Shown: positions 1 through 6,746 of the stretch, one piece after another | Layout of the letters: each line of letters begins with the position of its first letter | Numbering within the stretch: the first letter of the stretch is position 1 | From: Candidatus Woesearchaeota archaeon | GTDB taxonomy: Archaea; Nanobdellota; Nanobdellia; Woesearchaeales; GW2011-AR4 | Assembly (NCBI GenBank): GCA_018303685.1 | Contig: JAGVXS010000039.1 | Span: forward strand, 1-14,964 | DNA: 14,964 nt | Reading direction: 5' to 3' | Made by a program: the position numbers and the translations under genes | The notes under the pieces: model-generated | What the model was told of the DNA's origin: nothing | Seen by the model: only the letters and a program-made list of their open reading frames with translations | Database searches by the model: none

Positions 1-1370
1 TTTGATGTAAGCAGTTTTTTCAGAAGTACAATCTGCTCAATCATGTCAGTCTTTTCGCTTATCTGTGCCATTGGCTTTACCTTCATCTCATCAAGCCTTT
101 TGATTGCGCAATCCCCATATGCAACAAGCCTTTCTTTGCCTTCAAGCATTTCCCCTGAAAGCACGGAGCCCATTACAAGATTAAGCTGTTCTCCCCTCAA
201 TCCAATAAGCCTTGATGTTGCATTGAACATTGCGTTCAGGCATGCAGGGCAGGCTTTTCCGTCAATAACCTTGATGTCAGGATGCGGGGTTTCTTCTGCA
301 ACCGGCTTTTTTATGGGGTATTTTAATGCATCAAGCTCGTTGCCGACAATTTCAATATCTTTTATCGCATTTTTGCCTAGCTTTATGTAAGGCGGGATTT
401 CAAGCATGGATGCTTTGCAGAAAACAGCATCAAGCATTGCTGGATTTCTGCCTGCATAAACAAGGTTAAGGAAAGCCGGCTCTCCAAGAGTTAATGGACC
501 CTGCCCCTGCATTCCGCTTGTTGCATCAGCTATTGTAATCACATTCAATGCATTAACAAGCTTTGGCAGTGTCTCATCTATATTGTCAAAGTACATCCTT
601 CTCTGGGTAGGCTCGTCGCAAAGCCTTGACAAGTTTTCCACTGCCCCTGACAATCCAATCTGGGAGTTTGTCTTCATTATAGGGGCATTGATGATTTTCC
701 TGTTCAATGTTTCCTTAAGAATCTTAAATTTGTATCCGTCGCTTTCAATCTCCTCAAAGGGGCCTTTTGAAATGTCAGCAAAGCTTATGTCATTCTTTTT
801 GCAAACTTCAAGTATGCCTGCCTTTGAAGCAGCATCCATTGAATCCGAGCCGATTAGCGCCTGCTCCGCTATCATAATGTTTTCTTTGCTAATCCCATGC
901 TCCAGCAGAGCCAAAATCAGCGCATTCAGAAAATCTGGATTTGTGTTTACAGCCTGATATGGATAAGCAGCAGCCACAATGCTCGGCTTGACTAAAATCT
1001 TGTCGTCTTTGCCCAAATCAATCCTGTTCAAAAGCCCAACAGCATCTTTAATCGCTTCATAAATATCATACTTTACTTTTACAACAGCAACAGCATCTTT
1101 GCCCTTTGCTCTTTGCTCGACATAATCATCTCCAATCTTGTAATCCTTCATAGTTTTTTTAGGCATCCTGTTGCCGTGCTCATCCTCAAGAAGCAGGACA
1201 TTATATGGTATGATTGGGTGCATGGGAGAGGGAATTGCAACCTTTGTAATGCCTGCAACCCTTATCTTGGCGCCTTTCTGCTTGATTACAGGTCCTTTGC
1301 AGTAAACACATTTTTCAATAGGGTAAATCCATTTCTTGCTGCATTTTTCACATATCCACCTTATTATCAT
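1..1370 (-). CDS. DUF35-type zinc-ribbon/OB-fold domain fused to a DUF362 domain protein (C-terminus cut by the window edge; missing from the supplied ORF track)
   Basis: Manual minus-strand translation from ATG 1370-1368 gives 456 uninterrupted codons down to position 3. I checked positions 3-420 codon by codon for in-frame stops and found none. N-terminus is MIIRWICEKCSKKWIYPIEKCVYCKGPVIKQKGAKIRVAGITKV...PYNVLLLEDEHG, i.e. a CxxC-x10-CxxC ribbon (1299-1352) plus an OB-like segment, as in thiolase-associated DUF35 proteins. From about aa 115 the DUF362 pattern appears: KILVKPSIV, IMKTNSQIGLSGAVENL, ITIADATSGMQGQGPLTLG, RNPAMLDAVFCKA. An extra C-terminal region contains GKACPAC and YGDC. The ATGA start/stop overlaps the thiolase stop. 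GGTGGGGG SD lies at 1372-1379. Confidence 0.8.
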   Translation of the reverse strand, partial: MIIRWICEKCSKKWIYPIEKCVYCKGPVIKQKGAKIRVAGITKVAIPSPMHPIIPYNVLLLEDEHGNRMPKKTMKDYKIGDDYVEQRAKGKDAVAVVKVKYDIYEAIKDAVGLLNRIDLGKDDKILVKPSIVAAAYPYQAVNTNPDFLNALILALLEHGISKENIMIAEQALIGSDSMDAASKAGILEVCKKNDISFADISKGPFEEIESDGYKFKILKETLNRKIINAPIMKTNSQIGLSGAVENLSRLCDEPTQRRMYFDNIDETLPKLVNALNVITIADATSGMQGQGPLTLGEPAFLNLVYAGRNPAMLDAVFCKASMLEIPPYIKLGKNAIKDIEIVGNELDALKYPIKKPVAEETPHPDIKVIDGKACPACLNAMFNATSRLIGLRGEQLNLVMGSVLSGEMLEGKERLVAYGDCAIKRLDEMKVKPMAQISEKTDMIEQIVLLKKLLTS

Positions 1371-2491
1371 GCCCCCACCTTCTTCAGGATATGCACAGTA
1401 ACTGTGCTTCCTGCCCCGCCTATATTATGTGCCAGCGCATAATTTACATTATCAACCTGCCTGTCGCCAGCCTGTTTTCGCATCTGCTTCGCAAGATCGT
1501 AAACCTGTGCAATTCCTGTTGCGCTTATCGGGTGGCCTTTTGCCTTCAGCCCGCCGCTTGTATTCACAGGCAGCTTTCCATTTAAGTTGACTGTGCCTTT
1601 CCTTATCATGTACTTGCCTTCTCCTTTTTTGCAAAACCCCAAATCCTCATAGGAAATAACCTCAACAGGAGTGAAGGCATCGTGCAATTCAGCAACATCG
1701 ATATCACTAGGAGACAAATTTGCCTGTTTGTAAGCTTCTTCCGCGGCAAGTTTGCTGGCTTGCCATGAAGTCATGTCCTCGTTTTCAAAAGCTGAAAGCC
1801 TGTCAACATATAGGCTTGAGCCTGCTATCTCAATATCTGTTTTTTCTTTTGTCAGAATAGCTGCGGCAGCGCCATTGACAGACAAGCTGCAGTCAAAAAG
1901 CCTTAATGGAGATGCAACAACAGGAGACTTCTTTATCTGCTTTAATGTAACCTGCCTTTTGTAAAACCTTGCCTTTGGATTCAGATAAGCGTTGCTGTGG
2001 TTTTTAAAAGCAACCAATGCAAAATCATCTGTTGTAGCGCCATACCTGAGCATGTACTGTTGCGCAACCAAGGCGTTCTGTGCAGGAAAAATCAGTCCAT
2101 CAGCCTGCTCATACAATCTTTCAGCTGCCATAAGGATTTCGTCTGTTGTATTTGCAGTGTTATTGGACAGCAGCCTTTCAGAGCCAACAACAAGCACATT
2201 CTCATAACCCATTTTATTTGCTGTCCAGATTGCTGAACCTCCTCCGCCGCAGACAGCAGATGATGTTAGTATGGGAACCTTCTTTTTGAACATGCTGCTT
2301 AAAATCGAGGAAAACCCCCTCTGCCTTTCACCACTGCTTTCATTGTCAACAGTTGATGAGACAATAGCATCTATATCTTCCATATTAAAATTAGCGTCTT
2401 CCAACGCCTCCATTGTAGCTTCATAGACAAGCTCCTGGCTTGTATCTGTCTGTGCCCCGAACTTTGTCATGCCAACTCCTTTTACGTACAT
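1367..2491 (-). CDS. Thiolase-superfamily acetyl-CoA C-acyltransferase, SCP-x / DUF35-associated archaeal type
   Basis: 374 aa. N-terminus YVKGVGMTKFG. Nucleophile Cys81 in SSAVCGGGGSA (codon 2249-2251). ELHDAF, KGHPISATG and C-terminal AHNIGGAGS are typical of SCP-x/archaeal thiolases that lack the second catalytic Cys. GAGGGG SD lies 9 nt upstream. Confidence 0.9.
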   Translation of the reverse strand: MYVKGVGMTKFGAQTDTSQELVYEATMEALEDANFNMEDIDAIVSSTVDNESSGERQRGFSSILSSMFKKKVPILTSSAVCGGGGSAIWTANKMGYENVLVVGSERLLSNNTANTTDEILMAAERLYEQADGLIFPAQNALVAQQYMLRYGATTDDFALVAFKNHSNAYLNPKARFYKRQVTLKQIKKSPVVASPLRLFDCSLSVNGAAAAILTKEKTDIEIAGSSLYVDRLSAFENEDMTSWQASKLAAEEAYKQANLSPSDIDVAELHDAFTPVEVISYEDLGFCKKGEGKYMIRKGTVNLNGKLPVNTSGGLKAKGHPISATGIAQVYDLAKQMRKQAGDRQVDNVNYALAHNIGGAGSTVTVHILKKVGA

Positions 2492-2504
2492 AGAATTTAC
2501 CCCT

Positions 2505-2996
2505 CTACCTCGCGAATTTTGACCTGAACTCTGCCCTGTTTACAATTGCCAGCATCAGCAAAGCCTCTGCCACCAAAGTGTCTTTTACAAACGCCTTGCC
2601 CTGAAGAATCGCCCCTCTTTCATCCTGGGCTATCAAATCCAGCTCGAACCTTGCAGTATCCCCAGGCAGTATAGGGGCCATGAATTTTACTTCTTTCATC
2701 TTGTAGGCAAGCACATCCTTCTCCTGATGGTTTGGGATATTGTTTCTCACAAGCAAAGTGCCTGCCTGCCCCATACCTTCAACAGTCAAAGCGCCTGGCA
2801 TTATTGGAAAGCCTACAAAATGGCCTTTAAGGAAATCCTCTTTGCCTGTGACATCCTTTTCAGCTACTATACTGCTACTCGTCAGGCTTATAACCCGGTC
2901 AATGAATAAAAAGTGCTCGTCATAGGGTATAATCTTCTTGATGTTATCTGCGTTTATTCCGCCATCCGCGTTTTTCAGCTCGTTAAACCGGCTCAT
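2505..2996 (-). CDS. fabZ: FabZ-like hotdog-fold 3-hydroxyacyl-thioester dehydratase
   Basis: 163 aa. FabZ core motif LKGHFVGFPIMPGALTVEGMGQAG, with His59 (2820-2822) and Glu73 (2778-2780) 14 residues apart as in bacterial FabZ. N-terminal IPYDEHFLFIDRV corresponds to LPHRYPFLLVDRV. Confidence 0.85.
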   Translation of the reverse strand: MSRFNELKNADGGINADNIKKIIPYDEHFLFIDRVISLTSSSIVAEKDVTGKEDFLKGHFVGFPIMPGALTVEGMGQAGTLLVRNNIPNHQEKDVLAYKMKEVKFMAPILPGDTARFELDLIAQDERGAILQGKAFVKDTLVAEALLMLAIVNRAEFRSKFAR

Positions 2997-3020
2997 TTTA
3001 GCTTGTTTCTAAACTTTGGT

Positions 3021-3034
3021 TTAATTTAAATAAC
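3021..3034 (-). promoter_or_regulatory. TATA-like box for the fabZ-thiolase-DUF35 operon
   Basis: Minus strand reads GTTATTTAAATTAA, centred about 31 nt upstream of the fabZ-like ATG (2996). Confidence 0.45.
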
Positions 3035-3060
3035 TTTCTACCATTATATTTTTTAATATA

Positions 3061-3081
3061 TATAATAAAATAGTTATTATA
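3061..3081. promoter_or_regulatory. Perfect 8-5-8 inverted repeat (candidate operator) between the divergent TATA boxes
   Basis: TATAATAA (3061-3068), AATAG, TTATTATA (3074-3081); the arms are exact reverse complements. The background is very A/T-rich, so a chance occurrence is plausible. Confidence 0.3.
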
Positions 3082-3112
3082 AAGTATATCCATTACTGGA
3101 AAACACAAAAAT

Positions 3113-3124
3113 CTTTATAAAAAG
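3113..3124 (+). promoter_or_regulatory. TATA-like box for accC-birA
   Basis: CTTTATAAAAAG, centred about 26 nt upstream of ATG 3144. This spacing fits a leaderless or very short-leader mRNA. Confidence 0.5.
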
Positions 3125-3143
3125 AGAAGCAAAAGCATGCTGT

Positions 3144-5063
3144 ATGCTTAAGGGAAAAAAATTAGTGAGCAAGTCAGCGAGCTTGAGGCGCAAATTAGTA
3201 TTGGACATCATCAACAGGGCTTTGAAGCCTTTGGAGAGTATGTATATAGCCTTGGCAGGCTCTGCTAAAAAAACCAAAGAGATGTTTCCTGCCTTATACA
3301 GGCACTTTGAAGAGCTGATTAAGCAGCATATAATCACGCCAGGTAAAAGCATTTTTAACTCATCAAAAATAGGCGGCATGGGCGGCTTTATAACAACCAA
3401 TGTCATGAAAAGGCTGCCGCATATCGACGAAGCCCAGATAGAAGAAATACTCGGCAACCCCTCAAATAAGTCATTTCTGGAAATACTTACGAGGGGATTC
3501 GGCATAAACAGAGATAAGGAGAAAACATATACCAAACTTGGCAACGGTAGCTTCAAGAGAATATTAATTGCAAACAGGGGAGAGATAGCACTGCGCATAA
3601 TAAGAGCGTGCCGCGAACTGGGCATAGAAAGCATCGCAATTTATTCTGATGAAGAAAAAGACAGCCTGGTTGTGAAGTTCGCAGACAAGTCCTACAACAT
3701 AGGCAAGCCGAAGAACTACCTCAACATCAAGAAAATAGTTGAGATAGCAAAGCAAAGCGAATGCGATGCAATCCATCCCGGTTACGGGTTCCTTTCAGAA
3801 AACCCCAAGTTTGCAAGGCTATGCGAGAAAAGGGGCATAAAATTCATAGGTCCGTCTTCAAGGATGATAGGGAAGCTTGGAAACAAAATAGAGGCGAAAA
3901 ATGCAATGCTCAAGGCAAACATCCCGGTAATAGAAGGAGTTAAAGAAGATCTAAAGAGCAAGAGGCATGCACTAAGGGCTGCAAGAAGGAGCGGATTTCC
4001 CGTCATACTAAAAGCATCTGCAGGAGGCGGAGGCAAAGGGATGAGGATTGTCGAAAGGGAAGAGGATGTTTTTAATGCCTACGAAAGCGCAGAGAAAGAG
4101 GCGTTAAACTCTTTTGGCAGCAGCTCGCTGTACATAGAAAAATACCTTGAAGAGCCAAAGCACATAGAGTTCCAGATTTTGGCTGACAGGCATGGAAATG
4201 TCATCCATCTTGGGGAGAGGGACTGCAGCATACAGAGAAGGCACCAGAAGCTGATAGAGGAGGCGCCAAGCCCTGCACTTGACAATGAGCTAAGGGAATT
4301 GATGGGCGCTGCTGCCGTGAATGCAATAACGGCTATAGGCTATGAAGGGGCAGGCACTGTGGAATTCTTGCTGGACAAGAACAGGAATTTCTATTTTATA
4401 GAGATGAACACAAGAATACAGGTTGAGCATGGCGTTACAGAAATGGTGACAAATGTAGATTTGATAAAGGAGCAGATAAAACTCGCCGAAGGAGCCAAGC
4501 TTGCTTACAATCAGGAAGACATAAAGGTAGAGGGGCATGCAATTGAATGCAGGATAAATGCAGAGGACCCAAGCAACAATTTTGCGCCTTCTCCGGGCAC
4601 TGTCGTCAACTACCTGCCTCCGGGAGGGCCCGGCATCAGGATAAGCAGCTCGTGCCATACGGGCTGCAGGATTCTGCCGCAATTTGACTCTTTAATCGCC
4701 TTGCTTATCTGCCACGGCAGGACAAGGCACGAGGCAATAGCCAGGATGAGAAGGGCTTTGGACGAGTTTATTATTGAGGGGGTAAAAACTACGACGCCGT
4801 TCCACAAGCTTGTGCTTAGCAAGAGGCAATTCCTGAAGGGAAATGTTGCAACATCTTTTATAGAAAACAATATGATAATGGAGGAGATGAAAGGATTAAA
4901 GCAGAAAAAAGAGGCTTTGCCGAAAGAGAAAAAAGTGCTTATAGTAACAACAGCAGTCGCGCAGTACCTTGTGAAAAAACAGGATGCACCAGGCAAAAAA
5001 ATAAATCCATGGGTGATGGCAGCGAGGCAGGAAGCGCTGAATGAGGGAAGCCTTGAAGAATAG
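3144..5063 (+). CDS. accC: Biotin carboxylase (ATP-grasp) subunit of an acyl-CoA carboxylase, with a ~136-aa N-terminal extension and a ~63-aa C-terminal tail
   Basis: 639 aa. From aa 137: FKRILIANRGEIALRIIRACRELGI, HPGYGFLSEN, glycine-rich lid KASAGGGGKGMRIV, EMNTRIQVEHGVTE, IECRINAEDP. TATA-like box 3113-3124 lies about 26 nt upstream of ATG 3144. The nearest internal in-frame ATG (3405) would still leave about 50 extra residues. Confidence 0.93.
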   Translation: MLKGKKLVSKSASLRRKLVLDIINRALKPLESMYIALAGSAKKTKEMFPALYRHFEELIKQHIITPGKSIFNSSKIGGMGGFITTNVMKRLPHIDEAQIEEILGNPSNKSFLEILTRGFGINRDKEKTYTKLGNGSFKRILIANRGEIALRIIRACRELGIESIAIYSDEEKDSLVVKFADKSYNIGKPKNYLNIKKIVEIAKQSECDAIHPGYGFLSENPKFARLCEKRGIKFIGPSSRMIGKLGNKIEAKNAMLKANIPVIEGVKEDLKSKRHALRAARRSGFPVILKASAGGGGKGMRIVEREEDVFNAYESAEKEALNSFGSSSLYIEKYLEEPKHIEFQILADRHGNVIHLGERDCSIQRRHQKLIEEAPSPALDNELRELMGAAAVNAITAIGYEGAGTVEFLLDKNRNFYFIEMNTRIQVEHGVTEMVTNVDLIKEQIKLAEGAKLAYNQEDIKVEGHAIECRINAEDPSNNFAPSPGTVVNYLPPGGPGIRISSSCHTGCRILPQFDSLIALLICHGRTRHEAIARMRRALDEFIIEGVKTTTPFHKLVLSKRQFLKGNVATSFIENNMIMEEMKGLKQKKEALPKEKKVLIVTTAVAQYLVKKQDAPGKKINPWVMAARQEALNEGSLEE

Positions 5064-5811
5064 TTTTTACAGTTCTTTGGATAATAGCTATATGAAGTGC
5101 AAAATTTACCGCTTCAAATCATTGAAGTCCACTCAAGACAAAGCCAAGGAATTTTCCAAGAAAGGACTAAAAAATATTGTTATTGTCGCTGATGCGCAGA
5201 TAAAAGGGAGAGGGCGCTTCAAAAGAAAATGGCACTCTGCCAAAGGAGGCTTGTGGATGTCAATCTTACTTTCGCCAAAAAAAGCGGAAAATCTGCAATA
5301 CCTGACATTTGCCGCGGCAATAGCAGTTGTCAAGTCCATTAAAAAAATGACAGGCATCAGCACAAAAATAAAATGGCCCAATGACGTCCATTACAACGGC
5401 AGGAAATTGTGCGGCATTCTTACAGAAGGGATTTTTCCAGCTAATTATGCTGTTATAGGGATTGGTGTTAATGTCAACCAAAGCAAATTTCCCAATGAAA
5501 TAAAAAACACCGCTATATCACTCAAAATGATTAAAAACCAAACAATATACATTAAAAAACTGATTAGAAATATACTTTATGAATTTTTCAACTTATATAA
5601 TAATTATTACAATAAAAATAAATTTGAAAAAATATCAAAAATCTGGAAAATGCATTGTGATACAATAAACAGGGACGTAACCGCAATCACAAGAGCTGGC
5701 AGATTAAGCGGGAAGGCAATAGGCATCGATGAAGAAGGCAGCCTGCTGCTGAAAACAGGCAAAAGCAATGTAGTTAAAGTTGCAGAGGGAGACATAAGCA
5801 TCAGGTACTAA
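5041..5811 (+). CDS. birA: Biotin--[acetyl-CoA-carboxylase] ligase, class I (no N-terminal DNA-binding domain)
   Basis: Biotin-binding loop KGRGRFKRKWHSAKGGLWMSILLSP (GRGR codons 5206-5217). KWPNDV motif. C-terminal SH3-like end VAEGDISIRY. Start is uncertain: ATG 5041 overlaps accC by 23 nt and has AGGAAG upstream; ATG 5092 is the alternative (239 aa). Confidence 0.88.
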   Translation: MREALKNSFYSSLDNSYMKCKIYRFKSLKSTQDKAKEFSKKGLKNIVIVADAQIKGRGRFKRKWHSAKGGLWMSILLSPKKAENLQYLTFAAAIAVVKSIKKMTGISTKIKWPNDVHYNGRKLCGILTEGIFPANYAVIGIGVNVNQSKFPNEIKNTAISLKMIKNQTIYIKKLIRNILYEFFNLYNNYYNKNKFEKISKIWKMHCDTINRDVTAITRAGRLSGKAIGIDEEGSLLLKTGKSNVVKVAEGDISIRY

Positions 5812-5815
5812 TCAC

Positions 5816-5829
5816 AATATTTAAAAAAG
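5816..5829 (+). promoter_or_regulatory. TATA-like box for the small membrane protein-bioY unit
   Basis: AATATTTAAAAAAG lies about 29 nt upstream of ATG 5851, directly after the birA stop. Confidence 0.45.
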
Positions 5830-5850
5830 ACACTGGCAAACTTCAGCAGA

Positions 5851-6081
5851 ATGGCGATTTTGAAGAGCATACCAATATTAAAAAAGCTTGTGGACATGGC
5901 ATACGCAATATTGGTAGTGATTGTCTTAAGCGCCTTGGTCGGACTGATTCTGGCGTTTCCTGTCAAACTGCTCTGGAACTATGTGTTCGGGAGCTATCTC
6001 ACAATCAACTGGTTTCAGGCATGGGCCCTGAATGTCCTGACAGGAATACTTTTAAGCAAAACCGGAAACGGAAAAAGGTGA
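5851..6081 (+). CDS. Small hypothetical membrane protein (76 aa, two predicted TM helices)
   Basis: Hydrophobic segments AYAILVVIVLSALVGLILAF and WFQAWALNVLTGILL. TATA-like box 5816-5829 lies about 29 nt upstream of the ATG. Its stop is 4 nt before the bioY ATG, and the bioY SD (GGTGA) lies inside its last codons. Confidence 0.55.
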   Translation: MAILKSIPILKKLVDMAYAILVVIVLSALVGLILAFPVKLLWNYVFGSYLTINWFQAWALNVLTGILLSKTGNGKR

Positions 6082-6085
6082 TGAT

Positions 6086-6739
6086 ATGATAACTGCAAAC
6101 AAAAACAAGACTTTGTACGAGATTCTGTTTCATCAAAGTACAATAATGCTTGATGTTTTTATGATACTTGCAAGCGTTGTTTTTATGGCGGCAATGGCAA
6201 ACATTACAATACCAGCCTCATACATAGCGGCTATGGAGAAGATGTTCCATATACCGCTTTGGCCGGTGCCCATCACAATGCAGACTTTTGGTGTTTTTAT
6301 TGTTACATTCTTCTTCGGCTCAAGAAAAGGATTGATTGCGATGGCTGCATATGCCCTTGCCGGGCTCCTCGGCTTTGGGGTTTTTGCAGGCCACAAGTCG
6401 GGAGTTGATGTATTTTTGAAAGCCAGCGAAGGATTCAAGCTTGCCCCGTCAGGCGGATATATAATAGGATTTTTGCTTATGGCGTTCCTTGTGGGGATTA
6501 TGATAGAGAAAGGCTACGGGAGAACAGGAAAAAGCATATTGCTGTGCATGCTTGTTGGTGAGATTGTGTTATATACAATCGGCCTTCCTTGGCTTTGGAT
6601 AGCGCTCGGAAAGATATCATGGCTTCAGGTCCTCAAATTCGGCTTGGTTCCTTTCATCATAGGAGACACACTGAAGGCACTGCTCGCAGCTGCATTGTTC
6701 CCTTATATGTGGAAAGGGGCAGAGAAGATAGGCAAGTAA
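6086..6739 (+). CDS. bioY: Biotin transporter BioY (ECF-type S component, here without visible A/T components)
   Basis: 217 aa, multi-TM. PVPITMQTFGVFIVTFFFGSRKG, AGLLGFGVFAG and GGYIIGFLLMAFLVG match the BioY family pattern. It sits in the biotin ligase / carboxylase context. Confidence 0.85.
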   Translation: MITANKNKTLYEILFHQSTIMLDVFMILASVVFMAAMANITIPASYIAAMEKMFHIPLWPVPITMQTFGVFIVTFFFGSRKGLIAMAAYALAGLLGFGVFAGHKSGVDVFLKASEGFKLAPSGGYIIGFLLMAFLVGIMIEKGYGRTGKSILLCMLVGEIVLYTIGLPWLWIALGKISWLQVLKFGLVPFIIGDTLKALLAAALFPYMWKGAEKIGK

Positions 6740-6746
6740 GCATTGC

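Noticed and set aside
43-1442. Plus-strand ORFs 43-390, 583-957 and 1113-1442 from the supplied track
   Set aside because: They lie antisense to a continuous 456-codon minus-strand frame with clear DUF35/DUF362 motifs. Their translations are Ser/Leu/Phe-rich and low-complexity, as is typical of shadow ORFs.
3133-3149. Small hairpin AAGCAT-GCTGT-ATGCTT covering the accC start codon
   Set aside because: The stem is only 6 bp and A/T-rich, so it is too weak to call a regulatory structure without conservation data.
3077-3634. 185-aa minus-strand ORF opposite the 5' part of accC
   Set aside because: It is antisense to a frame that runs directly into unmistakable biotin carboxylase motifs. The product is Ser/Leu-rich and low-complexity, and the ORF would run through the accC TATA box. 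I treat it as a shadow ORF, though it does cover the unexplained AccC extension.
5500-5660. Extremely A/T-rich Asn/Lys/Tyr-rich stretch inside birA (possible insertion or frameshift)
   Set aside because: The reading frame stays open and rejoins a normal BPL C-terminal domain. This is most simply a low-GC linker region.
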